Origin: Myxococcales bacterium
Lineage (GTDB): Bacteria; Myxococcota_A; Polyangia; Polyangiales; Ga0077539
Assembly: GCA_016792845.1 (NCBI GenBank)
Contig: JAEUKH010000054.1
Location: 131,708-195,707 of the forward strand
DNA length: 64,000 bases
Reading direction: 5' to 3'
Below are positions 52,764-62,353 of this stretch, piece after piece. Position numbers and translations under genes: made by a program. Each line of letters opens with the position of its first letter. Position 1 is the stretch's first letter. A model generated the notes under the pieces. The model searched no databases, was not told the origin of the DNA, and worked only from the letters and a program-made list of their open reading frames with translations.

Positions 52764-53402
52764 TCAGTCTTCGCGCACCAGCACAAAATACGAGCCCAAC
52801 GAGCGCTCACCCTTGTACGCCGCCCCGATGCTGACAGCCTGCGCGACCCGCCGCATGAAGTCGCGGGTGCCGTGGTAGACGAAGCGCTGAAGCCCTTGCT
52901 TGTTCGACACCACCGCGGGCCAGGTCGGCGCCACCGGCCCGTCGGGCACCTCGAAGTAGTCGATCACCACGTCGCCGCGCGACGCCCACACCGCGTCGTC
53001 GCCCACCGGGCGGGCCACGAAGTACCCCGGGCCGATCAGGTCGCGCGAGGGGGCCTCGTTGTAGCCGAAGAGCCGCCCTGAGCCGTCGCCCGCGCGGCAA
53101 AATCGCTTCTCGAAGCGCGTGTGCGCTCGGGGCAAAGGCAGGGTGTTGCGCCCGAGGTGCCGCACCTCGCAGCGGGCCTCGACCTCGGCGGGCACGAAGT
53201 GCTCGACCCCCACCGGCGCGCTCAGCGACGCCAACGTGTAGAGCCGCTTTTGCACCGCGCGGTCGAGCCGCGGCAAGAGGTCAACCCGCTGGCCGTGGGT
53301 CATCGCATCAAGGCACGTCGCGACCTCAGAGGCGCGGGCGCCGGGCTTGGCGAGAAGCTCGAAAAAATCCACCGTAAAACCGCTCGCTGCGCACGCTATC
53401 AC
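52764..53402 (-). CDS. hypothetical protein (212 aa)
   Basis: ORF 52764-54332 trimmed to GTG at 53402, which overlaps the upstream stop as GTGA. VIACAASGFTVDFFELLAKPG. Good GC3 bias. No motif I recognise. Confidence 0.55.
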   Translation of the reverse strand: MIACAASGFTVDFFELLAKPGARASEVATCLDAMTHGQRVDLLPRLDRAVQKRLYTLASLSAPVGVEHFVPAEVEARCEVRHLGRNTLPLPRAHTRFEKRFCRAGDGSGRLFGYNEAPSRDLIGPGYFVARPVGDDAVWASRGDVVIDYFEVPDGPVAPTWPAVVSNKQGLQRFVYHGTRDFMRRVAQAVSIGAAYKGERSLGSYFVLVRED

Positions 53403-54400
53403 ACAGTGCCGCCGACGTTCACCATCTCGGGGTCTGCGAGCCCGGCGATTTCGCCCTCGGGGAGGAGCCCCAAGCGTTGCCCCGCCGCGCACACCGGCGC
53501 CACGGTCTCGATCAAGGGGTCGAGCGTAAAGGCCACCCGCGAGAGGGCCTGGGTCAGCAAGGGCATCGCGATGGGCGCACCGGCCGCGGCGAGGGCGCGG
53601 GCGATGGTCTCGGGGGCTCGGGCCGCGTCGCGTCGCAGGGCCAGCACCTCGCGGCGATGGGCCGCCACGAGCCGGGCGACGTTCTCGCGAGCCTCGCCGA
53701 GGTAGCGCCCCCGGGCCACCAAGACCGTGGCCGCGAACTGACCCCGCGGCCAGAGGCTCCGCTCGTCGAGGAGCTGATGCCCCCCGGCCTCGCGTTCGAG
53801 CCGGCTCGCCCAGGGCTCGGGCACCCAGGCGCCGTCGATGAGGCCCCTGCGAAACTGTTGTAAAATCAAAGCGTTGCGCATCGGTGTGACGGCGACGCTG
53901 CCGCCCCACTCCTGGGCCCCGAGGCCGTGCGCGGCGAGGTAGGCTCGCAGCGAGAGGTCTTGCGAGTTGCCGAGCTGCGGGGTCGCGAGGGTCTTTCCTT
54001 CGAGGTCGCGGGGGCCGGTGATGCGGGCCGCGGGGCGTACGATGAGCGAGGCACCACCGGAGGCGACGCCCGAGACGATCTTGAGGCCGCGGCGGCGGGT
54101 TCGGAGGTAACCCGTGACGGCGGGCACGGGGCCCACGTAGAGCATGTCGAGGGCGCCCGCGAGGAGCGCGCCCATGGCCTCGGGGCCGGCGTTGAAGGCG
54201 TGGGTCTCGAAGCCGATCCCGGCGAGGGCTTCTCGAAAGCGGCCCGAGCTCACCCCGACGAGGCCCGGGGCGTGGGTCACATTGGGGAAGTATCCGAGCC
54301 GCAGGGCGCCGCGGTCGGTGGCGTGCTGACACCCGGCGAGGCCGTAGGCCGCGAGGCTCCCGAGGCCCGCGAGGAGGGCGCGGCGCGAGAGGTGGTTCAT
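53399..54400 (-). CDS. ABC transporter substrate-binding protein, NitT/TauT (sulfonate/nitrate/taurine) family
   Basis: ORF 53399-54904 trimmed to ATG at 54400. Tat/lipobox-like MNHLSRRALLAGLGSLAAYGLAGC. LRLGYFPNVTHAPGLV and TLATPQLGNSQDLSLRAYL are typical of SsuA/TauA-like proteins. Confidence 0.85.
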   Translation of the reverse strand: MNHLSRRALLAGLGSLAAYGLAGCQHATDRGALRLGYFPNVTHAPGLVGVSSGRFREALAGIGFETHAFNAGPEAMGALLAGALDMLYVGPVPAVTGYLRTRRRGLKIVSGVASGGASLIVRPAARITGPRDLEGKTLATPQLGNSQDLSLRAYLAAHGLGAQEWGGSVAVTPMRNALILQQFRRGLIDGAWVPEPWASRLEREAGGHQLLDERSLWPRGQFAATVLVARGRYLGEARENVARLVAAHRREVLALRRDAARAPETIARALAAAGAPIAMPLLTQALSRVAFTLDPLIETVAPVCAAGQRLGLLPEGEIAGLADPEMVNVGGTV

Positions 54401-55164
54401 GCCCGGTCGAGGCCCCACTGTTGGCGGACCCGCGCTTCGAGACGCGCGAACAAGAGGCGCTCGGAGGCGAGCCCGAGGGCCACGATGACCACCATGACGC
54501 CGATCACCAGGGCCATGTCGTGGAGCTCGCGGCCCATTTCGAGCACCTGGCCGAGCCCGCCCGAGAGAAAGAGCAGCTCGCCCGCGAGGAGCGAGCGCCA
54601 GGCGAAGGTCCACCCGAGCCGCGCGCCCGACACGATGCCCGGGAAGGCCGCCGGGAGGATCACCCGGAGCCAGAGGGTCGCGCCTCGGGCGCCCATGGTG
54701 CGGGCGGCGCGCACCATCAAGGGCGGGATGGTGTTCACCGCGCTCTCGGTGGCCAGCGCGATGGAGAGAAGCGACCCCAACACGATCACCATCTGAATGG
54801 CCGCCTCGCCGAGGCCGAACCACAGCAAGGCCAGCGGGAGCCAGCACACCGACGGGATGGCCTGGAGCCCGAGCACCACGGGCCCGAGGGTGTCTTTGAC
54901 CCACCGCGCGCGGGCGAGGCCTACCCCGAGGGCGACCCCGAGCGCGAGCGAGAGCGAATAGCCCACCGCGAGCCGCGCGAAGCTCTTGCCCACCGCGCGG
55001 AGCAAGAGCCCCGAGCGCAGCGCCCCCGCGAGGGCCCGCACGACGTCGTCGGGCCCGGGGAAGAGGAAGCGATCGCCGAGCCTAGATGCCGTCGCCCAGA
55101 CCGCCGTCAGCGCCAGCAGAAACAGGCCGCCCCGAAGGGCTCCAGGCCGAGTCGCCTTCGTCAC
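54397..55164 (-). CDS. ABC transporter permease, NitT/TauT family
   Basis: Six hydrophobic segments and an EAA-like loop RTMGARGATLWLRVILPAAFPGI. The stop overlaps the next start as ATGA. The start may lie downstream of 55164, because that start overlaps the ATPase gene by 83 nt. Confidence 0.8.
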   Translation of the reverse strand: MTKATRPGALRGGLFLLALTAVWATASRLGDRFLFPGPDDVVRALAGALRSGLLLRAVGKSFARLAVGYSLSLALGVALGVGLARARWVKDTLGPVVLGLQAIPSVCWLPLALLWFGLGEAAIQMVIVLGSLLSIALATESAVNTIPPLMVRAARTMGARGATLWLRVILPAAFPGIVSGARLGWTFAWRSLLAGELLFLSGGLGQVLEMGRELHDMALVIGVMVVIVALGLASERLLFARLEARVRQQWGLDRA

Positions 55165-55957
55165 GGATCACCTTCTCGATCTCGATCTTGAGCTCGTCTT
55201 CGATGGCCGAGGCCACCTCGGTGACGTCTCGGTGGTTGATCGCGCGGGGCCGCGCGAGCTTCGAATCAAGCACCCGTTTGATGCGCCCGGGGCGGGTGCC
55301 CATGATCACCACGCGGTCGCCGAGGCGGGCCGCCTCGCGCACGTTGTGGGTCACGAAGATCACCGTCTTCTTGGTCTCAAGCCACACCCGCTCGAGCTCG
55401 GCGTGGAGCACGTCGCGGGTCTGCGCGTCGAGGGCCGCGAAGGGCTCGTCCATCAAGAGAATCTGCGGCTCGGCGACGAGGGCGCGGGCGAGGGCCACGC
55501 GCTGGCGCATCCCCCCGGAGAGGGTGTGCGGCTGCCGGTCGCGGAAGCCCCAAAGGTGCACCATCCGAAGGTAGCGCTCGACCCGCGCCGCGCGCTCGCC
55601 CCCGCCCACACCCGCCACCTCCAACGGGAAGGCCACGTTCGCCGCCACGCTCAGCCACGGAAAGAGCGCGCTCTCTTGAAACATCACCGTGCGGTCTGGC
55701 CCCGGGCCCCGCACCCGCTGCCCCCCCACCAAGACCTCACCCTCGGTCGGGAATTCAAGCCCCGCGATCAAGTTCAACAGCGTCGTCTTGCCGCAGCCCG
55801 AGGGCCCGCAGAGGCACACAAACTCGCCCGCCCCGACGCGCAGGTCGACCGCGCTCAGCCCCGCCGACGCAGCCCCCGCCTCGCCCCCGCCGGGCCACCG
55901 CTTGGCCACCCCGGCGAGCGCGATCAACGCCCCCGAAGTACTAGAAGTTTCTGTCAA
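55082..55957 (-). CDS. ABC transporter ATP-binding protein, NitT/TauT family
   Basis: TTG start at 55957. Walker A GPSGCGKTT, signature LSGGMRQRVALARAL, Walker B ILLMDEPF. Confidence 0.85.
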   Translation of the reverse strand: MTETSSTSGALIALAGVAKRWPGGGEAGAASAGLSAVDLRVGAGEFVCLCGPSGCGKTTLLNLIAGLEFPTEGEVLVGGQRVRGPGPDRTVMFQESALFPWLSVAANVAFPLEVAGVGGGERAARVERYLRMVHLWGFRDRQPHTLSGGMRQRVALARALVAEPQILLMDEPFAALDAQTRDVLHAELERVWLETKKTVIFVTHNVREAARLGDRVVIMGTRPGRIKRVLDSKLARPRAINHRDVTEVASAIEDELKIEIEKVIRDEGDSAWSPSGRPVSAGADGGLGDGI

Positions 55958-55965
55958 ACAAGAAC

Positions 55966-55985
55966 CTCGTTCACTATCGTGAACG
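55966..55985. promoter_or_regulatory. inverted repeat TCGTTCAC-TATC-GTGAACGA upstream of the ABC transporter operon
   Basis: 8-bp arms read directly. It lies in the 43-nt gap between the regulator stop (56001) and the ATPase start (55957). A single palindrome of this size is not statistically remarkable in 64 kb. Confidence 0.3.
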
Positions 55986-56000
55986 ATTTCAGGCGCCCCG

Positions 56001-56717
56001 TCAACGCGCGTACAAGATCACGTTGTGGTACCGCGCCTCGGTGCGCCCGGGGTTCTCGTACGCGTGTGCGACGTCGGCCTCGAAGAACACCGAGTCGCCC
56101 GCGGCGAGCTCGTACACCTGGTCGGCCACGTGGAGCTTGAGCACCCCGGTGAGCACCACCAGGCTCTCGCAGGTGCCCCGGGCGTGCGGCTCGCTCCGCG
56201 CGAGGCCCCGGGCCTGGAGCCGCAGCTCGTAGCACTCGACCATGGGCGAGGCCCCGGCGGGGGTGAGGGGCCGCGACTCCATGCGCCCGTCGGCCGAGCG
56301 CAGCACCTGCGAGTCGCCACGGCGCAGCACCCGCACCCGCTCGACCTCTTCGTTGCCGAGGAGCGAGGCGAAGGGCACCCCAAGCCCTGCGGCGATCTTC
56401 CACAAAATGGCGATGGTGGGGTTGGTCTTGCAGGTCTCGATCTGCGACAGCGTGGCCCGGCTCACCCCCGAGCGGGTCGCCAGCTCATCGAGCGACAGCT
56501 CGCGGCGCTTGCGCAGGGCCCGCAGGTTGTCGGCCACCCGGCGCGTCAGCTCGGCGGCCCCGACCTCGTCGCCCTCGACCAGGAGCTCGCCCGCGGGCGC
56601 CTCAGGGAGCCCCGCCCCCTCGTCAAGCGCCGCGGGCTCGGGGGCCGCCTTCGAGGGCGCACGGGCCGCGCTCACGGTGGGTCGAGGAGCGTTTGACTTC
56701 TTGACGGTCTTCGCCAT
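56001..56717 (-). CDS. XRE-family transcriptional regulator with a C-terminal cupin domain
   Basis: ORF 56001-56813 trimmed to ATG at 56717. HTH LRKRRELSLDELATRSGVSRATLSQIETCKTNPTIAILWKIAAGLGV. Cupin GTCESLVVLTGVLKLHV...DSVFFEADVAHAYEN. Confidence 0.85.
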   Translation of the reverse strand: MAKTVKKSNAPRPTVSAARAPSKAAPEPAALDEGAGLPEAPAGELLVEGDEVGAAELTRRVADNLRALRKRRELSLDELATRSGVSRATLSQIETCKTNPTIAILWKIAAGLGVPFASLLGNEEVERVRVLRRGDSQVLRSADGRMESRPLTPAGASPMVECYELRLQARGLARSEPHARGTCESLVVLTGVLKLHVADQVYELAAGDSVFFEADVAHAYENPGRTEARYHNVILYAR

Positions 56718-56857
56718 AGTAGAGACACCTTCTAGTATACAAGAGAGCGGTGCGGCGCCGCGGGTAGCCGATGCTACACCACCGGTCGCCGCCCTGCCGA
56801 CAATGAAACGCACGGCGGCTCAAGCCTCTGGCGAGCCTGAATGGGTCGAGCATTCGA

Positions 56858-57403
56858 ATGACCGTCAACCCCCCTGTCGAGCGCGGCGTCGCGATCTGGT
56901 TCACTGGACTGTCGGGCGCGGGCAAGAGCACCCTGGCCGAGGCCTTGGCGCCGCGGCTCCGCGCGCGGGGCAAGCGGGTCGAGGTGCTCGACGGCGACGC
57001 GGTGCGCACGCACCTCTCGAAGGGCCTCGGGTTCTCGCGCGAAGACCGCGACATCAACGTGCGCCGCATCGGGTATGTCGCGCAGCTCCTGGCGCGCAAC
57101 GGGGTCTTCGTGATCACCGCCGCGATCTCGCCCTACCGCGAGGCCCGGCGCTGGTGCCGCGAGAGCATCCGTGATTTCGTCGAGGTCTTCGTCGACACGC
57201 CCCTCGCGGTGTGCGCGGCCCGCGACGTCAAGGGCCTCTACAAGCGCGCCGAGGCGGGCGAGATCGCGCAGTTTACGGGCGTGAGCGACCCCTACGAGGC
57301 CCCCGAAGACCCTGAGCTTCGGCTGGCGACCGAGGGGCTCAGCGTCGCCGAAGCGGTCGATCTGGTCGAGCAGCGCCTCGTGGCCCTCGGCTATCTGCCT
57401 TGA
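56858..57403 (+). CDS. cysC: adenylyl-sulfate (APS) kinase
   Basis: [21 protein letters not shown]...[32 protein letters not shown]...ISPY. Confidence 0.9.
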   Translation: MTVNPPVERGVAIWFTGLSGAGKSTLAEALAPRLRARGKRVEVLDGDAVRTHLSKGLGFSREDRDINVRRIGYVAQLLARNGVFVITAAISPYREARRWCRESIRDFVEVFVDTPLAVCAARDVKGLYKRAEAGEIAQFTGVSDPYEAPEDPELRLATEGLSVAEAVDLVEQRLVALGYLP

Positions 57404-57427
57404 AGAAGTGTTCTACTGAAACAGAGA

Positions 57428-57444
57428 TCACTCTATCAGAGTGA
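57428..57444. promoter_or_regulatory. inverted repeat TCACTCT-ATC-AGAGTGA upstream of the sulfite reductase gene
   Basis: 7-bp arms read directly, about 45 nt upstream of ATG 57489 in an AT-richer intergenic region. On its own it is not statistically remarkable. Confidence 0.3.
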
Positions 57445-57488
57445 AGTGACTACGCCCCTCGACGGGGGCCGCGGGTACGGTGGTGAAG

Positions 57489-59240
57489 ATGAGCGACTTC
57501 GTGTCAGAGGCCGGGCGGTTCTTGCCTCGGTTCAGTGATGTGCGAGACATCGACGAGTTCGTCGAGACCTTGGGGCGCTTCGAGCGGGGCGAGATCGGCG
57601 CCGAGGAGTTTCGTCGGTACCGTCTCGCGCGCGGGGTCTACGGCCAGCGGCAAGAGGGCGTTCAGATGTTGCGGGTGAAGATCCCGCAGGGGGTCGTGGC
57701 GGCGTCGCAGCTCCGCTGTCTGGCCGAGGTCGCGCGGCGATGGGGCCGCGGATACGGCCATGTCACCACCCGGCAGAACATTCAGTACCACTTCATCGCG
57801 ATGGCCGAGATCGAGGCGGCGCTCCGGGTGCTCGACGCGTCGGGGCTTACGACCCGCGAGGCCTGCGGCAACACCGTGCGCAACGTGTGCGCCGACCCGC
57901 TCGCGGGGGTCCGCGACCACGGCACCTTTGATGTGACGCCCTACGCAGAGGCCATCACGCGCTTCTTCCTGCGCAAGGGGTGGGCCAACAGCTTGCCGCG
58001 CAAATTCAAGATCGCGCTCGGGTACGCGCCGGGCGACACGGCGCTCGCGGCGATTCACGACATCGGCCTCGTGGCGCAGGTGCGCGACGGGCGCCGGGGC
58101 TTCGCCGTGCGGGTCGCCGGGGGGCTCTCGACCTCGCCGCAGAACGCGCTCTTGTGGCACACGTTTCTCGACGCCGACGACCTCCTCGACGCCTGCGAGG
58201 CGGTGGTGCGCGTCTTCGACCGCACGGGCAACCGCGAGAACAAGCATCGCGCGCGGCTGAAGTATGTGCTGCGCCGCCTCGGGCCCGAGAAGTTCGTCGA
58301 GGCCCTCAACGAAGAGTACGCCGCGGTGAAGGCGCGTGGCGGCACGCCGCTCGACCTCGGGGTGGCCACGGCGCCGCCGTCGCCGCCGTCGCTCGGGCCC
58401 GACACCGAAGCGCCCGCGACGCGCTCGAAGGGGTACCTCCGCTGGCGCGGCTCGAACGTGCTCGACCAAGACCAGCCCGGCTACCACGTCGTCTTGGTGC
58501 GGCTCGCCATCGGCAAGATCACCGCGGCGCAGTTTGACGCCCTCGCGGACCTCGCCGAGGCCCACAGCGACGGCACCGCGCGGCTCTCGCAAGAGCAAGG
58601 GGTGGTCTTGCGTTGGGTGCCCACGGCGCGGCTCCCCGCGGTGCACGCGGCCCTCGAAGCGATGGGCCTCGGGCGCCCCGACGCGCGCTCGGTGGGCGAC
58701 GTCACGACCTGCCCCGGGGCCGAGAGCTGCAACCTCGCGGTGACCGCCTCGCGCCAGGTCGGCGGCGCCATTGCAGAGTACCTCGACACGACCCCTGCGA
58801 TCGCGCCGTGGGTCGAGGCCGCGGCGAGCACCACCATCAAGGTCTCGGGCTGCCCCAACTCGTGCGGTCAGCACCACATCGCCAACCTCGGCTGGCACGG
58901 CGCCGCCCGTCGCGCCGGAGACCGCACCGCGCCGGTGTACCAGCTCCACCTCGGCGGCGGCTTCGACGCGGGGGGCGCGCGCTTCGGGCGCCAGGTGATC
59001 AAGATCCCCGCGCGGCGCGTGCCCGAGGCCGTTGGGCGCCTCTTGGGGCTCTACGTCGACGCCCGACACGCCGACGAGACGCCCGATGCCTTCTACGCCC
59101 GGGTCGAGTCGAAGACCGTGAGCGCCTTGCTCGAAGACCTGGCCGCCCTCGACGCCGCGACCCCCGACGAGGTCTTTCTCGACCTCGGGCAAGATCAGGG
59201 CTTTCAGATCGCCATTGGCGAGGGCGAGTGCGCCGCCTAA
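57489..59240 (+). CDS. nitrite/sulfite reductase hemoprotein (ferredoxin-type sulfite reductase-like)
   Basis: ORF 57480-59240 (ATG at 57489). Duplicated NIR/SIR ferredoxin-like halves (RVKIPQGVVAASQLRCLAEVARRWG, TTRQNIQYH). Siroheme/4Fe-4S cysteines TCPGAESCNLAV and SGCPNSCGQHH. Confidence 0.85.
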   Translation: MSDFVSEAGRFLPRFSDVRDIDEFVETLGRFERGEIGAEEFRRYRLARGVYGQRQEGVQMLRVKIPQGVVAASQLRCLAEVARRWGRGYGHVTTRQNIQYHFIAMAEIEAALRVLDASGLTTREACGNTVRNVCADPLAGVRDHGTFDVTPYAEAITRFFLRKGWANSLPRKFKIALGYAPGDTALAAIHDIGLVAQVRDGRRGFAVRVAGGLSTSPQNALLWHTFLDADDLLDACEAVVRVFDRTGNRENKHRARLKYVLRRLGPEKFVEALNEEYAAVKARGGTPLDLGVATAPPSPPSLGPDTEAPATRSKGYLRWRGSNVLDQDQPGYHVVLVRLAIGKITAAQFDALADLAEAHSDGTARLSQEQGVVLRWVPTARLPAVHAALEAMGLGRPDARSVGDVTTCPGAESCNLAVTASRQVGGAIAEYLDTTPAIAPWVEAAASTTIKVSGCPNSCGQHHIANLGWHGAARRAGDRTAPVYQLHLGGGFDAGGARFGRQVIKIPARRVPEAVGRLLGLYVDARHADETPDAFYARVESKTVSALLEDLAALDAATPDEVFLDLGQDQGFQIAIGEGECAA

Positions 59241-59249
59241 GGTGGGGTC

Positions 59250-59963
59250 ATGGCGCGTGATGTCTTCTCTGACGGTGCGCTCGCGGCGCTCAACGGCGCG
59301 CTCGAAGCCCGCGATGCGGCGGGGCGCCTCGGGTGGGCCCTCGCGCGCTACGGCGATCGCTTGCTGCTGACCTCGGCCTTCGGGCCGGGGGGCGGCGCGC
59401 TCTTGCACCTATGGGCCACGGTCAACCCCGGCGCCCCGGTGTACTTTCTCGACACGGGCTTCATCTTTGAAGAGACTCTGCGCTACCGCGACGCCATGGT
59501 CGCGCGGCTGGGCCTGACCCTCAAGGTGCTCACGCCGACCCTTGAAAAAGGGGCGTTTCTCTCAAAGTATGGTCTCACCGTCTATCAAGACAACCCTGAC
59601 CTCTGTTGCGAGAAGAACAAGGTCGAGCCCCTCGACGCGGCGCTCTCGGGCTTCGACGGGTGGGTCTCAGGGCTCAGGCGGAGCCAGGGCGGCGCGCGGG
59701 GCGAGACCCCCGTGCTCGTCGCCACCGAGGGGCCCACCAAGGTGCACCCGCTGGTCGATTGGAGCCCGCGCGACGTCTACGCGTATCAAAAGGCCCACGA
59801 TTTGCCCGAGCACCCGCTCTTCGAGCAAGGGTACACCTCGGTGGGGTGTGTGCCCTGCACCCGGCCGCCCCTTGAGGGCGAGGGCGAGCGCGGCGGGCGC
59901 TGGGCGGGCTCGGGCAAGACCGAGTGCGGCCTCCACACCTTCTTGAAGACCCGCGGCGCGTAG
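59250..59963 (+). CDS. cysH: phosphoadenosine phosphosulfate (PAPS/APS) reductase
   Basis: SD AAGGTGG upstream. LLTSAFGPGGGALLHL...VYFLDTGFIFEETL, CC in DLCCEKNKVEPL, GCVPCT and the C-terminal ECGLH motif. Confidence 0.9.
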   Translation: MARDVFSDGALAALNGALEARDAAGRLGWALARYGDRLLLTSAFGPGGGALLHLWATVNPGAPVYFLDTGFIFEETLRYRDAMVARLGLTLKVLTPTLEKGAFLSKYGLTVYQDNPDLCCEKNKVEPLDAALSGFDGWVSGLRRSQGGARGETPVLVATEGPTKVHPLVDWSPRDVYAYQKAHDLPEHPLFEQGYTSVGCVPCTRPPLEGEGERGGRWAGSGKTECGLHTFLKTRGA

Positions 59964-59966
59964 CGC

Positions 59967-60902
59967 TCACACCGCGTCGAAGAGGGCGTCGACGAAGCGG
60001 GGGTCGTCGAAGCGGGCGAGGGGCTGCCACACGACGTCGGGTTCGCCCCGAAACCAGGTGCGCTGGCGCTTCGCGAAGCCCGCCGTCGCGAGGGTGATGG
60101 CCTCGTGGAGGTCGCGCAACGCGAGCCGCCCTTGGAGGTGGGCGATCACCTCGGCGTAGCCCACGCTCTGGAGCGGCTTGAGCGTCGGCGGGTGCCCGTC
60201 TCGCAAGATCTCACGCACCTCGTCGAGCCAGCCGCGGTCGAGCATCGCCTGGGCCCGCGCGGCGATGCGGGCTTTGAGGGTGGAGCGCTCGGTTTCGAGG
60301 CAGATCCAGCGGGCGTTGTAGCGCCGGGGCATGGCCTGGTGCCGGGCGTGATGGGCCGAGAGGGCCTCGCCCGAGAGCTGGTACACTTCGAGGGCGCGCA
60401 CGATGCGAATCGGGTCGCTCGGCGCGATCCGCGCGGCGTAGGTCGGGTCGACGAGGCTGAGCTCGCGGTGCATCTCGGCCAGGGCGCTCGGGCCTCCCGA
60501 CGCGATGCGTGCGTGGAGCGCCGCGCGCACCGCCGGGTCAGCGGGGATGCCCTCTGCGAGCCCCGCGATGAGCGCGCGGAGGTAGAGCCCCGCGCCGCCC
60601 ACTACGATCACTCGCTTCTTTCGCGCGTTGAGCGAGGCGATCACCCGGTCGGCGTCGTCGCGAAAGCGCGCGGCGTCGTAGGGGGCCTCAAGGGGCAAGA
60701 AATCGAGGAGGTGGTGCGCGACGCCGCCCTGCTCTTCGAGGTCGGGGCGCGCCGACCCGATCGCCAGGCGGTGGTAGATCTGAATCGAATCGGCGCTGAC
60801 GATCTCGGCGTCGAATCGGCGCGCGAGGCGCACCCCGAGGGCGGTCTTGCCCGAGGCCGTCGCGCCCGAGATGACCAGCACCCGGGGGCCCGTGAGGCTC
60901 AC
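59967..60902 (-). CDS. miaA: tRNA dimethylallyltransferase
   Basis: ORF 59967-61202 trimmed to GTG at 60902, which overlaps the glgA stop as GTGA. VLVISGATASGKTALGVRLARRFDAEIVSADSIQIYHRLAIGSARP...VAHHLLDF...VVGGAGLYLRAL. Confidence 0.9.
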   Translation of the reverse strand: MSLTGPRVLVISGATASGKTALGVRLARRFDAEIVSADSIQIYHRLAIGSARPDLEEQGGVAHHLLDFLPLEAPYDAARFRDDADRVIASLNARKKRVIVVGGAGLYLRALIAGLAEGIPADPAVRAALHARIASGGPSALAEMHRELSLVDPTYAARIAPSDPIRIVRALEVYQLSGEALSAHHARHQAMPRRYNARWICLETERSTLKARIAARAQAMLDRGWLDEVREILRDGHPPTLKPLQSVGYAEVIAHLQGRLALRDLHEAITLATAGFAKRQRTWFRGEPDVVWQPLARFDDPRFVDALFDAV

Positions 60903-62353
60903 GCCGAGGCGGGGGCCAAGAGGGCTTCGTAGCGGGTGAGGTAGTGTCGGGCCGCGCGCTCCCACCCGTGGTCTTGGCGCATCACGCGGGTGATCACCTG
61001 CGAGAAGCCCGGGTGCTGGTAGGCCGTCAGGGCGCGCCCGACGGCGCCGGCGAGGGCCTCGGCGCTGGCCGCCTCGAACACGAAGCCCGTGCCGGTCTGG
61101 AGGCTCGGGTCGAGGTCGATCACCGTGTCGACGAGGCCGCCGGTGGCGCGCACGATCGGCACCGCGCCGTAGCGCATCGCGTACATCTGCGTGAGCCCGC
61201 AAGGCTCGAAGCGCGAAGGCACGAGGAAGAAATCGCTCGCGGCGTAGATCTGGTGGGCCAGGGCCTCGTCGCGCGCGTCGGTGTAGAACACCCGGTCAGG
61301 CAGCGCGCGGGCCAGCGACTGCAACGCAGCCGAGAGGGCGGGGTCGCCGGCCCCCTGGACCACGAGCTGAAGGTCTTGCCGCACGAGCTGCGCGGCCGCT
61401 TCGACCACCAGGTCGACGCCCTTCTGCGGGTCGAGCCGCGCGACGAGCCCGAGCACCGCCGCCTCGGGTCGCTGGGCGAGCCCCAAGCGGGCCTGCAGGG
61501 CGGTCTTGTTGCGGCGCTTGCCCACCAGGACGCTCGGGCCGAAATGCACCGCGAGGTGAGGGTCGGTGGCGGGGTCCCACGTGCGGGTGTCGATGCCGTT
61601 GAGGATGCCCTCGAGGTTGGGGCGCTGCGCCTTGAGGATGCCATCCATCGCGTGGCCCATCGCCGGAGTCAGCACCTCGCGGGCGTAGGTCGGCGACACC
61701 GTCACGACCTCGTCGGCACCCAAGACGGCGGCCTTCATCCACGAGATGTCGCCGTAGAACTCCCACGCGTCGTGGGCGGCGTACTGCGCCCCGAGGCCGA
61801 GGTCGGCCAGGGTGGCGGGCGAGAAGCGCCCCTGGTGCGCGAGGTTGTGGAGCGTAAACACCGTCTTCACGGCGGCGAAGCGAGGGTCTTCGGCGGCGGC
61901 CTCTTTCAAGAGCGCCGGCACGATGCCCCCCGTCCAATCATGGAGGTGGAGCACCTCGGGGAGCTTCGGTTGGAGCCGCAGCCACCCCACCACGGCCCGG
62001 GCGAAGGCCCCAAACCGCAAGTGGTTGTCAGGGTACCCGCTCGCCCCTTCGCCATACACCCCAGGCCGATCGCTCACCCCGGGCACGCCCAAGAGCACCA
62101 CGTCGAGCCCCGAGGGCAAGCGCCCCTCATGGACGTCTGCGCTCACCGGCCCCGACCCCATCGCGAACTTCACCTTCACCAGACGCCGCGCGAAGCCCAA
62201 CGCCGTCGTGTCGAGACCCCCGTACCGCGGGCTCAACACCGTCACCTTGTGACCCGCCGCCTTCTGCGCCACCGGCAACGCCGCCGCCACGTCACCAAGG
62301 CCGCCGATCTTGCTGAACGGCGCCAGCTCTGGGCTCACATGCACAATGTCCAT
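60899..62353 (-). CDS. glgA: glycogen synthase
   Basis: ORF 60899-62587 trimmed to ATG at 62353. MDIVHVSPELAPFSKIGGLGDVAAALP...HDWTGG...PSRFEPCGLTQMYAMRYGAVPIVRATGGLVDTV. Confidence 0.9.
   Translation of the reverse strand: MDIVHVSPELAPFSKIGGLGDVAAALPVAQKAAGHKVTVLSPRYGGLDTTALGFARRLVKVKFAMGSGPVSADVHEGRLPSGLDVVLLGVPGVSDRPGVYGEGASGYPDNHLRFGAFARAVVGWLRLQPKLPEVLHLHDWTGGIVPALLKEAAAEDPRFAAVKTVFTLHNLAHQGRFSPATLADLGLGAQYAAHDAWEFYGDISWMKAAVLGADEVVTVSPTYAREVLTPAMGHAMDGILKAQRPNLEGILNGIDTRTWDPATDPHLAVHFGPSVLVGKRRNKTALQARLGLAQRPEAAVLGLVARLDPQKGVDLVVEAAAQLVRQDLQLVVQGAGDPALSAALQSLARALPDRVFYTDARDEALAHQIYAASDFFLVPSRFEPCGLTQMYAMRYGAVPIVRATGGLVDTVIDLDPSLQTGTGFVFEAASAEALAGAVGRALTAYQHPGFSQVITRVMRQDHGWERAARHYLTRYEALLAPASA

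Noticed and set aside
51324-53081. 585-aa plus-strand ORF, plus 49670-50461 and 51721-52878, opposite the PilT paralogues
   Set aside because: Arg/His/Gly-rich antisense translations. The minus strand encodes complete PilT ATPases.
57504-59408. 634-aa minus-strand ORF opposite the sulfite reductase gene
   Set aside because: An antisense shadow. The plus strand has the siroheme/4Fe-4S cysteine motifs and sits in a cysC-sir-cysH operon.
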